A DNA stretch of 64,000 nt from Spirochaetaceae bacterium (GTDB lineage: Bacteria > Spirochaetota > Spirochaetia > DSM-2461), in contig JAOPTT010000007.1 of NCBI GenBank assembly GCA_051531975.1, positions 24,985 through 88,984 of the forward strand, in the 5' to 3' direction. The translations under genes and the position numbers were made by a program. The notes below the pieces were generated by a model. That model was not told where the DNA came from and made no database searches. It worked only from the letters and a program-made list of their open reading frames with translations. This document shows positions 39,017 to 49,476 of the stretch, one piece after another. Within the stretch, counting starts at the first letter, position 1. Each line of letters opens with the position of its first letter.

Positions 39017-40273
39017 TTATCTCCTATTACTCTCAATTTCTACTGGAATTCCATCTTTAACCAGTCTACTAAAAAACAATTGTTCTAGCTTTGTCTCTTT
39101 TACTGTGCTCCCAAAACTTATTGTTAGTGTGTCGTTACATGTAACAACTCCTAGTTTTATTTTACACAGTGAAGATGGTGGAGGAATAAATTCCACCCTT
39201 TTTATATTCTCTTTTATAGATTTATCAAAATCGATAATTCCCATATTTGATATACTTGTAGAGTATTTACCTTCACCCATTTTTGTATAAAGTGAAATTA
39301 AAATAAGATTTTTAATTGGTAATGGAATTAGTTTATTATCAATCTGTCCTCTAATATTTCTAGATATTTGCCTAGAAATATATTTATCATTTACTTCTAC
39401 TTGCATAAAGTGATGAATGATTTTTAATATTTCCTGGAATGAGAACTCTCCTAACTCTGGGTCAAAACTAGGTTCAACACTTAAAAAGAAATTCCTTAGT
39501 GATTTTGACGGAAATATTTTTCTAAGATTTATTGGAACCATTAATCTAAAGGGTTTTGATTTTCTTCTTCTTTTTTTCTCAGGCATCGCAAGATATACTT
39601 CTTGGAGTGCCCAACCCAAAACAGATAATAGATACTCTGTTATTGTTACCCCATAAAATTTTGAAACTTCTTTAACGTTAGCTGCTGGTGTAAAGCCTGA
39701 TATAATATTATATGCATCTTTTAAATCATGTTTCCATGGCACATGAAATGCTTTATCACTTTTTCTTGGAGGTGGTATTTGGGGCTTAAAGTACTTTTTA
39801 AAAGAGTCTTCAAGTTCCTCTTCAATTATTGATTCAGATCTCTCTTTTAAGTCGATTTTGTGACCTATTTCAATAAAATAACAGTGAATTAAGTACTGCA
39901 AAAAAGTAAAAGCACCTGTTCCATCGGTAACTGCATGGCTAATCTCCAGAGATATCCTATTATGGAAAGCCTTAATTTGAAGGGGATGCACACCTCTTCT
40001 TTTTAATGGTATTTTTCTACAAGGATATAGACTATCTCTTGTCACTAATAATCTTTTTTTATTCTCTTCAAAGTAGAACCAAAAAAAACCTCGACGGCAG
40101 TGAACATTAAATTGTGGGTAGTCTTGTAATGTTCTATCTAAAGCTAATTGTAATTTTTCAATTTTTATCGGGTGGTCTGTGGTTACTGCTAATCTAAATA
40201 CAGTTGTAACTCTATCTGTTGCTATCGAAGGATAAAATATACCTGCATTATCTATAGGGAACCATCTTTTCAT
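39017..40273 (-). CDS. CoA-dependent acyltransferase (alcohol acetyltransferase/condensation-like)
   Basis: WFPIDNAG, RRGFFW, HAVTDGTG (HxxxDG), PINLR..FPSKSLRNF, SNMG. Confidence 0.82.
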   Translation of the reverse strand: MKRWFPIDNAGIFYPSIATDRVTTVFRLAVTTDHPIKIEKLQLALDRTLQDYPQFNVHCRRGFFWFYFEENKKRLLVTRDSLYPCRKIPLKRRGVHPLQIKAFHNRISLEISHAVTDGTGAFTFLQYLIHCYFIEIGHKIDLKERSESIIEEELEDSFKKYFKPQIPPPRKSDKAFHVPWKHDLKDAYNIISGFTPAANVKEVSKFYGVTITEYLLSVLGWALQEVYLAMPEKKRRRKSKPFRLMVPINLRKIFPSKSLRNFFLSVEPSFDPELGEFSFQEILKIIHHFMQVEVNDKYISRQISRNIRGQIDNKLIPLPIKNLILISLYTKMGEGKYSTSISNMGIIDFDKSIKENIKRVEFIPPPSSLCKIKLGVVTCNDTLTISFGSTVKETKLEQLFFSRLVKDGIPVEIESNRR

Positions 40274-40336
40274 AATATAATTATAGTTAATAAATCAACT
40301 CTTGAATACAATTATTAACTAATGTAAAATCTCACC

Positions 40337-41014
40337 ATGATTTCTACTATATTACTCTCAGGTGGAGTTGGCTCAAGATCAGGTAAAAACTTACCTAAAC
40401 AGTATTCTGAGATATTTGGTAAAATGATAATTTCATATTGCCTCAACTCTATATGTGAAGCAGAAGTAACCGATGAGTTAATTATTGTTTATGGTGAGGG
40501 GTTCTTAGAGCTTTTACAACAAATTATGCTTGAATATCAAGATCAATTTGGTTCTATAAAATATGTATTAGGTGGTAATTCTAGGCAAGACTCAGTTCTA
40601 AATGGATTAAGAGTATGTTCCCACGATAAAGTACTTCTCCATGAATCTGCAAGACCTTTAGTTACATCAGAAAATATAAAGAGTATTATTTTACATCCGT
40701 CTGAAAATGTTACAATGGGAATGGATATTCCTTTTACTATTCTTAGACAGATGAATGGGTATATTAAAGAAGTCTTAAAAAGAGACGAGTTATTTAATGT
40801 TCAGCTACCTCAAAAATTTAACAAAACTAAACTTTTACAAGCTCATATAAGTGCAGAAAAGGAACATAGAGTATTTACTGACGACTCTTCCTTACTATTT
40901 CATTATGGTACTGATGTTTGTGTCTTAAAAGGATCCAGTGAGAATATAAAAATTACAACACCTGGAGATTTTGTTGTTGCTGAAGAGATATTAAATAGTC
41001 GGAAAAATAGGTAG
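40337..41014 (+). CDS. IspD/TarI family cytidylyltransferase
   Basis: LSGGVGSR...PKQY, GGNSRQDSV, HESARP, QLPQ, TDD, NIKITT. Confidence 0.9.
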   Translation: MISTILLSGGVGSRSGKNLPKQYSEIFGKMIISYCLNSICEAEVTDELIIVYGEGFLELLQQIMLEYQDQFGSIKYVLGGNSRQDSVLNGLRVCSHDKVLLHESARPLVTSENIKSIILHPSENVTMGMDIPFTILRQMNGYIKEVLKRDELFNVQLPQKFNKTKLLQAHISAEKEHRVFTDDSSLLFHYGTDVCVLKGSSENIKITTPGDFVVAEEILNSRKNR

Positions 41015-41023
41015 GAGTTTATT

Positions 41024-41821
41024 TTGAAGTTAAAGATATTAGATAGTGTTAATGATCTTTTAGAAAAGGTTAAGGTAGAAACAGGTAAAGAAGTTCTAAT
41101 TTTTGAAAATAACCAGGTATCTAGTATGGTCGAGGCAAAGACCGCTCGAGAATCTGACAAAAATCATTTTATTGCTTATTCTCCAGATTATACTCCTGAG
41201 ATAAATCATTTAATAGCAGCTAAAGCCCTGCAATTTTTACGTATATATAAAGAGAGTCCAGAAAATAGAAAGATCGCTGTTGCCTACCAAGAGCACTTAA
41301 ACAATGCTAGAATGAGCATAGCCTTAGAATCTAAGGATAAACCCCATTTAGAGGTTGTTTTAAACGATGCACAGCTAACATCTACCTGGGTTTTAAGTCT
41401 AATAAACCAGTTAATAAGTCAGCCTGTAAGTATTAATATTGAAAGATATATCTATAATAATTTCCCTGAACTTAGAGAATTCCAAAAAAATGTAGTTTCT
41501 GCACAGTTTAAGGATTTTAATCTTACGCTGTCTCCAGAAGTTGAAAGATTAAGTCCAAATGTAATATATAACAGTTCTGCTATAATGAACTATGTATATT
41601 TAAATAGTATTGATGACATTGCAGGGACAACTTTTATCCAGGAATTAAATTATATTGTTAAAAAAAGAAAGTGTGAAAAGCTTTATGAATATACTAAAGA
41701 TAACCTAAAAGATTCAATTGTTTCTGATAATTCTATGATCGATTATTGGGCTGACTTTTTTAAGATTTCTGAATGGTATACATGGACCAGTTTTGAGTCC
41801 GTTGGAGAAACTAATGCGTAA
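41024..41821 (+). CDS. Hypothetical protein
   Basis: TTG start after AGGAG RBS; in operon between ispD-like and MMPL genes. Confidence 0.78.
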   Translation: MKLKILDSVNDLLEKVKVETGKEVLIFENNQVSSMVEAKTARESDKNHFIAYSPDYTPEINHLIAAKALQFLRIYKESPENRKIAVAYQEHLNNARMSIALESKDKPHLEVVLNDAQLTSTWVLSLINQLISQPVSINIERYIYNNFPELREFQKNVVSAQFKDFNLTLSPEVERLSPNVIYNSSAIMNYVYLNSIDDIAGTTFIQELNYIVKKRKCEKLYEYTKDNLKDSIVSDNSMIDYWADFFKISEWYTWTSFESVGETNA

Positions 41822-44135
41822 ACTAATAAATTTCTGTATTACTCATTCCAAATCTTGTATCGTCTTTTTCCTTATAGCAACAATTATATTAGGTTGGTTT
41901 GCGTCATCAGTTAAAATTGATTCTAATCTTAAAAATGTACTTCCCAAAGATGGTAAAACATCCTTTGAGGATTTAGATTCTTATCTATTTATTGGCTATA
42001 GTATAAAAGAAGGTGAAGAGTTATTTTCTCTAGAAAGTCTTAATGTATTAAATGATGTTATCTCTGATATAGAATCTTTACCTGAAATAAAAGATACAAT
42101 ATCACTTTTTAATACAGAGACTCTTTTAGTTGGAAGTAGTGGTAGGTTAATCTCTGGTACAACTCTACCAGGAGGTAAGTTCCCAACTAACATAGAAGAA
42201 CTTGAACTCTTTAAAGAGAGAGTTTTAAATAATCCATTTTTTGAGAACTTTTTGGTTGCAGATGGTGGTAAGTATATTATTACAATCTTTTTAACTACTG
42301 CAGAATCAGAAAACAACCTTCTTTTTAATAATAGAGTAGGGGAGATTGTAACACCACTTAGAGAGTATGTAGATGTTAGTGTAGCAGGGGATCTGATTAT
42401 AATTAATAGAGCTGAGTATTATCTTACAAGGGACTTCTCTACTCTGTTAGTTGCAGCTTTAATTGTAATGCTTGTTATTCTGTTTTTTAGTTTTAGATCA
42501 AGAAGAGCACTTCTCCTACCTGTCTCTGTTGTTTTAATTGGTGTTATATGGACTCTAGGTTTTATTTCAATGGCAGGATTTACCCTGTCTGTTGTAACCT
42601 GCGTTGTTCCCGCTCTTGTATTAACTATTGGTAGTTCATATACCATTCATGTTTTAAATGAATTTTATAGAAATGCACCAGACGATTCAAAAGGTGATAG
42701 GAAATGGATTTCTGATGCAGTAAACCATGTTAATAAAACTATTCTTATGGCATCTTTAACAACTATTATTGGTTTTCTAAGTTTATTAGGTGGAAGCCAA
42801 CCAGTTATTAAAGAATTTGCATTATCTGTAAGTTTTGGTGTCGCTTCAACTGCATTTTTATCTCTGTTTTTATTACCAGTTATATTTTCTATGTTAAAAG
42901 ATCCTACTAGTTTACATTTAGAAGTAACAAAAGAAGGGATGTTAACAAAGGTTATTAGTTCTGTAGGTCTGAAAGTATCAAAGTTTAGATATTTGATTGT
43001 AACTATAGGTGTAATTATAGGACTTTCTACATTTTACTTTATACCAAAACTAATAATTGGTTCTGACTATTATTCCTATTTCCCATCTGAGGATCAGGCA
43101 ATAAAAGATCTTCTGCATGTTACTAAAATGAGTGGTGGTACCACTTGGATAAATTTAACATTAGAAGCACCAGATGGTACCGAAGGTTATTTTGGAACAT
43201 ATGAAGGGCTGGAATTACTTTCTGATATTGAAAATGAAATTAAAGAGAGCTCCTATGTATACGATGTTGTATCAATGGTCTCTTATCTTAAAAAGATAAA
43301 TAAACTGCGATTTGGTACCTATGAGGTTCCTAAACGTAAAGGTCTAATTATTTTATTAAAGAAAGCTTTTGATAATATGTTAAGTTCAAACGATGGCATG
43401 TTTAAAGAAGCAACACTAGTTGAAGATAATTATAATGAAGTTACTTTTATGATTCGAATTTATGATAAAGAGAAAGAAATTCCTGTTATTGAAAACGACT
43501 TCCCAATACTTTTAGATACAATAGAAACAGCTCTGATTCCTTCGGGGAAATTAGGAATAAATTCTAATTTATGGGGTGTTGGATATGTCGCTTCAACAGT
43601 CTCAAGAATCCTATTAAAAGATCAAGTTTTAACTCTTATTATCTCATTTATTCTAGTATTTTTTGTTGCATGTGTATATTTTAAATCATTTTATTATGGA
43701 ATAGTAACCATAATTCCGTTAATTACCGCTGTTTGTACAAACTATATTTTTATGGTTATTTTAAATATACCTTTAGATATAACAACAATTATGGTTTCTA
43801 GTGTTGCAATTGGTGTTGGTGTAGACGATGCAATTCATTTTCTAATACAGTATAAATATCAACTTAAACAATATCCTGATGATATAAATAAAGTGTTATA
43901 TAATACTTTCAAGATTACAGGTAGACCAATAGTTTTAACTACTATCTCTATTGTTGCTGGAATGTTGGTTTTAGTTTTAGCAAGTTTTGTTCCTATCGGT
44001 TATTTTGGAATCTTAGTTTCTCTATCTTTAATTGGAGCATTAATTGGAACACTTCTGTTTTTACCTGGAGTATTAGTTATTATGTTTAACCTAAATTTAA
44101 AGATGACATTATTTCTCTCTAGGAGAAAAAATTAG
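41814..44135 (+). CDS. MMPL/RND family transporter
   Basis: Two repeats of TM-loop-5TM; TIGSSYTIH and GVGVDDAIH; ATG 41814 after GGAG. Confidence 0.88.
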   Translation: MRKLINFCITHSKSCIVFFLIATIILGWFASSVKIDSNLKNVLPKDGKTSFEDLDSYLFIGYSIKEGEELFSLESLNVLNDVISDIESLPEIKDTISLFNTETLLVGSSGRLISGTTLPGGKFPTNIEELELFKERVLNNPFFENFLVADGGKYIITIFLTTAESENNLLFNNRVGEIVTPLREYVDVSVAGDLIIINRAEYYLTRDFSTLLVAALIVMLVILFFSFRSRRALLLPVSVVLIGVIWTLGFISMAGFTLSVVTCVVPALVLTIGSSYTIHVLNEFYRNAPDDSKGDRKWISDAVNHVNKTILMASLTTIIGFLSLLGGSQPVIKEFALSVSFGVASTAFLSLFLLPVIFSMLKDPTSLHLEVTKEGMLTKVISSVGLKVSKFRYLIVTIGVIIGLSTFYFIPKLIIGSDYYSYFPSEDQAIKDLLHVTKMSGGTTWINLTLEAPDGTEGYFGTYEGLELLSDIENEIKESSYVYDVVSMVSYLKKINKLRFGTYEVPKRKGLIILLKKAFDNMLSSNDGMFKEATLVEDNYNEVTFMIRIYDKEKEIPVIENDFPILLDTIETALIPSGKLGINSNLWGVGYVASTVSRILLKDQVLTLIISFILVFFVACVYFKSFYYGIVTIIPLITAVCTNYIFMVILNIPLDITTIMVSSVAIGVGVDDAIHFLIQYKYQLKQYPDDINKVLYNTFKITGRPIVLTTISIVAGMLVLVLASFVPIGYFGILVSLSLIGALIGTLLFLPGVLVIMFNLNLKMTLFLSRRKN

Positions 44136-44903
44136 TGCAACTAAAGTGATTATATAGGGCAGTGCTAATATAATATCTGATGGTATTGTCCTACCCTGCC
44201 CAATATTTGATAACATCTGGGATAGTGTAAAGATTCCACATCCAATCAGTATTCCAATAGGTCTTTTTCTACCTAAAAATACGATTACTAAAGATATCCA
44301 TCCTCTGCCTGCACTTATTCCTGGGACAAAACTTCTTAGTTCCATACTTAGAAATATACCAGCTAAGGCGGAAAATGTTGCTGAGATTATTACTGGAGTA
44401 ATTCTGTAAAAGTTAGGATTTATATTTGAATATATAAGATTTTTTTTACCACTACCCCGGGCCCTAAGTCGTAATCCATATCTAGTGTAATTGATAATGA
44501 AAATTGATATAAAAGGTAATAATAGGGCTATAAAGGTGATTATTTCTGTATTTATCGGATCAATTTGATCTAATACAATGACACCTTTTGTATTAAAAAT
44601 CTTAACTGCTAGTGCAGAAATAAGTCCAAAAAAGCCCATGTTTATTGCTAACCCTGTAATTATTGGGTTCGCTTTTAACTTTATAGTTGATAAAGAGTGT
44701 AGGAAAGATATGACAATAATTATTAATATTGTAAAAATAACTCCAATATAGATATTGCCTGTAAGTTTAGAAAAAGTAATAAATAGAAAGGCTCCCATGG
44801 TTATATAACCCTCTATTGCAACATTTGTCGTCCCTGAGTGTTCGGTATATAAACCACCAATTGATGCTAATAAAAAAGGAGTTATTATTTGTAAAAAATC
44901 CAT
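44109..44903 (-). CDS. ABC transporter permease (nucleoside/sugar, CUT2-like)
   Basis: EHSGTTNVAIEG, GLRLRARG, AGRGWISL. Confidence 0.88.
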   Translation of the reverse strand: MDFLQIITPFLLASIGGLYTEHSGTTNVAIEGYITMGAFLFITFSKLTGNIYIGVIFTILIIIVISFLHSLSTIKLKANPIITGLAINMGFFGLISALAVKIFNTKGVIVLDQIDPINTEIITFIALLLPFISIFIINYTRYGLRLRARGSGKKNLIYSNINPNFYRITPVIISATFSALAGIFLSMELRSFVPGISAGRGWISLVIVFLGRKRPIGILIGCGIFTLSQMLSNIGQGRTIPSDIILALPYIITLVALIFSPREK

Positions 44904-45925
44904 TATAGACTTCTCCTTTTTATCATCTGCTCTTTTATCAGTCTAGACGATATTACAAAAAATAGAACACTCTGAATAATAGAAGAAAGCTCTATAGTAA
45001 CATCTGAAGCTACCGATGCGTATCTGGAACCTGCATCTAGATATGAATAAAACAGAGATGAAACTATTACCATTATTGGCTTTGTCCCAGCTAACAGAGC
45101 AGAAGACAGACCATTCCAACCTAAACCACTATGGAACCCAACTATTACTGAGTGGTAGCTTCCTAATACCAATATAATACCTGCAGTACCATGTAACATT
45201 CCACTAATTGTTAAACCTGCTATTTTGTATCTACTACTGTTAATTCCCATTGAATTGGCAAAATCTGTATTTCGACCTGATATATTAAACTCGTAACCCC
45301 ATATAGTCTTTTTTAATATTAGAGCAATTAATATTACAATTATCATGGCAATTATAAATCCAGTTGATAATGCTGAAGGTAGCAATACTCTTCCTAATTC
45401 GTAACTCTTAGGTATTTTGTCTGTAGTTAAAATATTACTTCCAATTTTTATAAATGGACCAGTAATAAAATAATCGCATATATGAATAACTGCCATAGAA
45501 ATTAAATAAGTTGATATTAAACTATTAACCTTATATTTTATTTCTAGAAATGCTGATAACCATGTCATAAATCCTGTTGCCATTATAGTTATAATTACAA
45601 TTATTATTAAGGTGAATGGAGATTCAAATGCCTGTAAATAGGCTGAAAGAATTCCAGTTATTGTAGCACCAAGATATACTTGACCCTCACCACCAAGATT
45701 AAAGCTATTGGATTTAAGTGCAATAAAAGCACCAAGTGATGTAAAAAGCAGTGGAGCTGATTTATTTAGCATATTTCCAAAGCTATATACATTTGTAAAA
45801 GGACCTGTAAAAAAAGAGTAAAATGATAATAGAGGTGTATTACTTAATAACGCGATTAAAATTATAGACGGTACTATCGTTAATAATAGTATTAATATTG
45901 CTGGATGTTTGAAAAGTTTATTCAT
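44903..45925 (-). CDS. ABC transporter permease (nucleoside/sugar, CUT2-like)
   Basis: FNLGGEGQ, GYE....G.N..FA, GLGWNG. Confidence 0.88.
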   Translation of the reverse strand: MNKLFKHPAILILLLTIVPSIILIALLSNTPLLSFYSFFTGPFTNVYSFGNMLNKSAPLLFTSLGAFIALKSNSFNLGGEGQVYLGATITGILSAYLQAFESPFTLIIIVIITIMATGFMTWLSAFLEIKYKVNSLISTYLISMAVIHICDYFITGPFIKIGSNILTTDKIPKSYELGRVLLPSALSTGFIIAMIIVILIALILKKTIWGYEFNISGRNTDFANSMGINSSRYKIAGLTISGMLHGTAGIILVLGSYHSVIVGFHSGLGWNGLSSALLAGTKPIMVIVSSLFYSYLDAGSRYASVASDVTIELSSIIQSVLFFVISSRLIKEQMIKRRSL

Positions 45926-47288
45926 TCAATATTCCTGATGCTAATCTACCAATAACTTCACTAGTAGTTTTTTTACTATTATTAAGTTCTTTAATTATTC
46001 GACCTTTATACATAATAAATATCCTATTTGAAAGTTTAAGGATCTCCTCTATATCCGAGGAAAGTAATAATATACCTCTGTTTTTACCTTTTAATCTTTT
46101 AATTTCGGTATAAATGTTATTAGAACTTTCAATATCTATACCCCAAGTAGGAGAACATAATATTAATGTTTCTGGGTCCTGTTCTAAAACTCTAGCTAAA
46201 ACACTTTTTTGTAGATTTCCACCACTTAAAGTACCAGTCTGACTATTTATAGAGCCTTTAATATTAAACTTCTTTATAAGATTTTCTGAAAACTTATCAA
46301 TTTTTTTTTGGTTTAATATTCCTTTGAAAGAGAACTCTTTTCTTTTCTGAGCGATTAAGGTCTCTTTTAAACTCGAGTTTAGTTCCACTCCCTTTACTAG
46401 CCTATCGGAAGGGACATAACCTATATCCCCAGACTGTAGACTAATTTCTTCTAATTTATCTTCTAGTTCATGTATTCCACAATCACTATAGCCGGTTATC
46501 CCAATTATTTCCTTTTTATGAAGTGTAATCTTGGTATCATTTATATTAAAATCAAAAATAGGAATCCCTACAGAACTATCTGTATTGAGCAAGGTTTTAA
46601 TAATTTTTGTCCCACTCATGTGTTTGGATATTTCATCTAGATTAACTTTATCTGTTTCTACAGTCTCGATAAATCGCCCTTGACGGATTATTGTAAACCT
46701 ATCTGATATTGACGAAATATCTTTTATTTTATGAGATATTATTATTACAGTTTTTCCATTTATTTTTAAAGATTTTATAGTCTTTCTCAATTTATCAGCT
46801 TCGGCATCACTAAGTATTGCTGTAGGTTCATCAAATATTAGAATATCTGCATTATTGTAAATAACTTTGATTATCTCTACCAACTGCTTTTGTCCAATAG
46901 ATAGATTTCTTACTGTTTTTGAAATATCTAGATTAAAATTGTACTTCCTAAGAATTTTTAGAACTAAATCTTTTGCTTTGACTCTATCTATAAAAATACC
47001 AAATTTGGTGGGCTCTTTTCCCATAATAATATTTTCTAAAATTGAAAGCTCTTCTACAAGTCTGAAATGCTGGGAGACCATACCTGTAGTACCAAGAATC
47101 TTGATCTGACCAGAATCACTGTGTTCAATTTTATGTAGAATCTTCATTAAGGTAGATTTTCCTGCCCCATTTTCTCCTACAATTGCATGAATCTCACCAC
47201 TTTTAACACAAAGCTCCATGTTATACAGAGCTTGTGTGTCATTTATAGAAAAGTATTTTGAAATTTGACTCATTTCAATAATATTCAT
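45918..47288 (-). CDS. ABC transporter ATP-binding protein (tandem NBD)
   Basis: GENGAGKST, LSIGQKQ, FDEPT, LSGGNLQK. Confidence 0.9.
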   Translation of the reverse strand: MNIIEMSQISKYFSINDTQALYNMELCVKSGEIHAIVGENGAGKSTLMKILHKIEHSDSGQIKILGTTGMVSQHFRLVEELSILENIIMGKEPTKFGIFIDRVKAKDLVLKILRKYNFNLDISKTVRNLSIGQKQLVEIIKVIYNNADILIFDEPTAILSDAEADKLRKTIKSLKINGKTVIIISHKIKDISSISDRFTIIRQGRFIETVETDKVNLDEISKHMSGTKIIKTLLNTDSSVGIPIFDFNINDTKITLHKKEIIGITGYSDCGIHELEDKLEEISLQSGDIGYVPSDRLVKGVELNSSLKETLIAQKRKEFSFKGILNQKKIDKFSENLIKKFNIKGSINSQTGTLSGGNLQKSVLARVLEQDPETLILCSPTWGIDIESSNNIYTEIKRLKGKNRGILLLSSDIEEILKLSNRIFIMYKGRIIKELNNSKKTTSEVIGRLASGILNE

Positions 47289-48271
47289 TATTTTTTAATT
47301 TTTTGAATTACCTTACGCATTTCAGATTTAATTTCTTCTGGTACAAAATCCTGATAACCTGGATCATTCTCTATAAAGTCTATATATCCATCTTTGGCAG
47401 AAAATGTATCTGCTTTTCCAAAAGGTAGAGAACCATTTATATAGTCTGTAACAAGCTTGTATGTTAGCTCTTTTTGTCTAATTATTGTACTTCCTAGAAC
47501 AGTTCCAGGTGCTTTGTCATATCCATTACTGTCAAAATGTATTATGTATTTCCCTAAGTCTTGGCATTTACTAATAACACCCTGGGTTGCCCCACCAGAA
47601 ATAGATAAAAAGACATCTGAACCCTCGTTTATCATTATTGAAGTTAACTCTGCAGCTTTTGTTGCATCGTACCAGTTCCCAACAACTCTTATATCTACAG
47701 TTATTTCAGGATCTACATCGGCTAATCCCTTTACAAAACCGGGAATCAATATTTCATCAAGAATAGGGTAGTGATGTGCAACAACCATCCCAACTTTCTT
47801 TTCTTCATTAGCGCCTTCTAGATTACTAAGAGTAACTAGACCAGCCATATATCCAGCCATATAAGCTTGCTCGAACTGTTCAAATTGTGCTGTGTAAATA
47901 TTGGGATTTCCTACTGTAAAACCATCGAGACATAAAAACTTTTGCTCTGGGAAATCTGCTGATACTTCCTGAAATATTTGTGGCATTGATGGATTTGAAC
48001 TAATAATTAGATCATATTTTCCAGTTGCAGCAATCTCTTTTACTTTTTCTGGCCATTCTGCAGTGTTGAATCCACCCTCTATTGTTTTAACAATAATACT
48101 GCTTTTATCAGCTGCAAGCCGAACTCCAGCATCTAAATCTTCATATATTGGGCTTCCTGCCATTACTCCAGGGATAAAAACTGCGATCTCTTTTGGTCCA
48201 CTTTCTTTCTCAGACATGGAGAAGATTGGGCTGATAATTAAACATGTTATCAATAATAGTATGTATCTCAT
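47288..48271 (-). CDS. BMP family ABC transporter substrate-binding protein
   Basis: Signal peptide; AYMAGYMAG, VGNWYDATKA; first gene of ABC operon. Confidence 0.85.
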   Translation of the reverse strand: MRYILLLITCLIISPIFSMSEKESGPKEIAVFIPGVMAGSPIYEDLDAGVRLAADKSSIIVKTIEGGFNTAEWPEKVKEIAATGKYDLIISSNPSMPQIFQEVSADFPEQKFLCLDGFTVGNPNIYTAQFEQFEQAYMAGYMAGLVTLSNLEGANEEKKVGMVVAHHYPILDEILIPGFVKGLADVDPEITVDIRVVGNWYDATKAAELTSIMINEGSDVFLSISGGATQGVISKCQDLGKYIIHFDSNGYDKAPGTVLGSTIIRQKELTYKLVTDYINGSLPFGKADTFSAKDGYIDFIENDPGYQDFVPEEIKSEMRKVIQKIKK

Positions 48272-48357
48272 ATTACCTCTTACTTAAATATATTCGTTTT
48301 GGATTAGAAAGTCTATGATACGGTTGAAATCCTTAGAAAGTAGTGTGATAATTAGAT

Positions 48358-49476
48358 ATGATTTTGACAATGGATGTAGGAACTTCTTTTTTTAAAGTAG
48401 GAGTTATTGATATTAAAGGAAATATACTTTTTTTTAATAAAGTTAAGATAACTTTAGACGCTGGAGAATTGAATCCGTACCAGTGGGAAATTTCACTAAT
48501 AAAAGCGTGTAGTTCAATACCTTTAAAGTATTTAAATATAATTGAAGTTATTGTTGTAAGTGGAAATGGACCTACAATTATTCCTATAGGTTCTAGTGGT
48601 AAACCAATTGCTGATGCTCTACTTTGGAACGATACACGTTCTTTATCTGTATCAGATGAGATTAGACAGAAGATTAAACAGAGCCTACCACCTAATTTCT
48701 TTTTAAGTAAAGCATACTGGTTTTATAAGGAACACCCTGAATTATATGATCAAACTGTAAGCTTTTTATCATGCCCTGAATATATATCTTATTTACTAAC
48801 TGGAAATGTATTTACTTTGCTTCCTGTAGAAGGTTTTTCTGCTTTTTACTGGAATAGTGAAAAAATAACGAAATTAGGATTAGACCCGGTTAAATTTCCA
48901 GAATTTATATCTCCATTTCAGACTTATGGTTCTTATTCGAATTTTGATCTTATACCAAAAATCAAAAAGAATATTCCTGTAATCTGCGCTGGGCCAGATT
49001 TTTTAATGTCAATATTAGGATCTGGTTCCATAAAGCAGGGAATACTTTGCGATAGGACAGGTACTAGTGAAGGTCTTAATTTTTGCTCATCTACTCCTAT
49101 ACAGGTTGACAATTTTAGAACTTTACCCCACTTAATGCCCGGGCTTTATACTGTGGCTGGGTTAATCCCAAACTCAGGGGATTATGTCCTAAACAACAAA
49201 TTAGATCTGCTAATAGAGCAGTATAAAAACATATTGAAAGGGCTTTCTGATGCCGGGATAATAGTAGAAGAAATTAGAATTGTTGGTGGGCATGCAAATA
49301 TAGATGAGTTAAATAAATTAAAATCTATGTGCACCAAAGTCCCAATAAAGATTTATGCTGAAGGTTCAGAACTTGTTGGTAATGCTATATTAGGTTCAGT
49401 TGTGACTGGTAAACATCCCGATATAAAATCAGCATGTAAAAGTATGGTAAGGGAAAAATTCTGTTACAACATTTGA
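48358..49476 (+). CDS. FGGY family carbohydrate kinase (short)
   Basis: DVGTS, SGNGP, LLWNDTR, GPD, TGTS, GG..N. Confidence 0.85.
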   Translation: MILTMDVGTSFFKVGVIDIKGNILFFNKVKITLDAGELNPYQWEISLIKACSSIPLKYLNIIEVIVVSGNGPTIIPIGSSGKPIADALLWNDTRSLSVSDEIRQKIKQSLPPNFFLSKAYWFYKEHPELYDQTVSFLSCPEYISYLLTGNVFTLLPVEGFSAFYWNSEKITKLGLDPVKFPEFISPFQTYGSYSNFDLIPKIKKNIPVICAGPDFLMSILGSGSIKQGILCDRTGTSEGLNFCSSTPIQVDNFRTLPHLMPGLYTVAGLIPNSGDYVLNNKLDLLIEQYKNILKGLSDAGIIVEEIRIVGGHANIDELNKLKSMCTKVPIKIYAEGSELVGNAILGSVVTGKHPDIKSACKSMVREKFCYNI

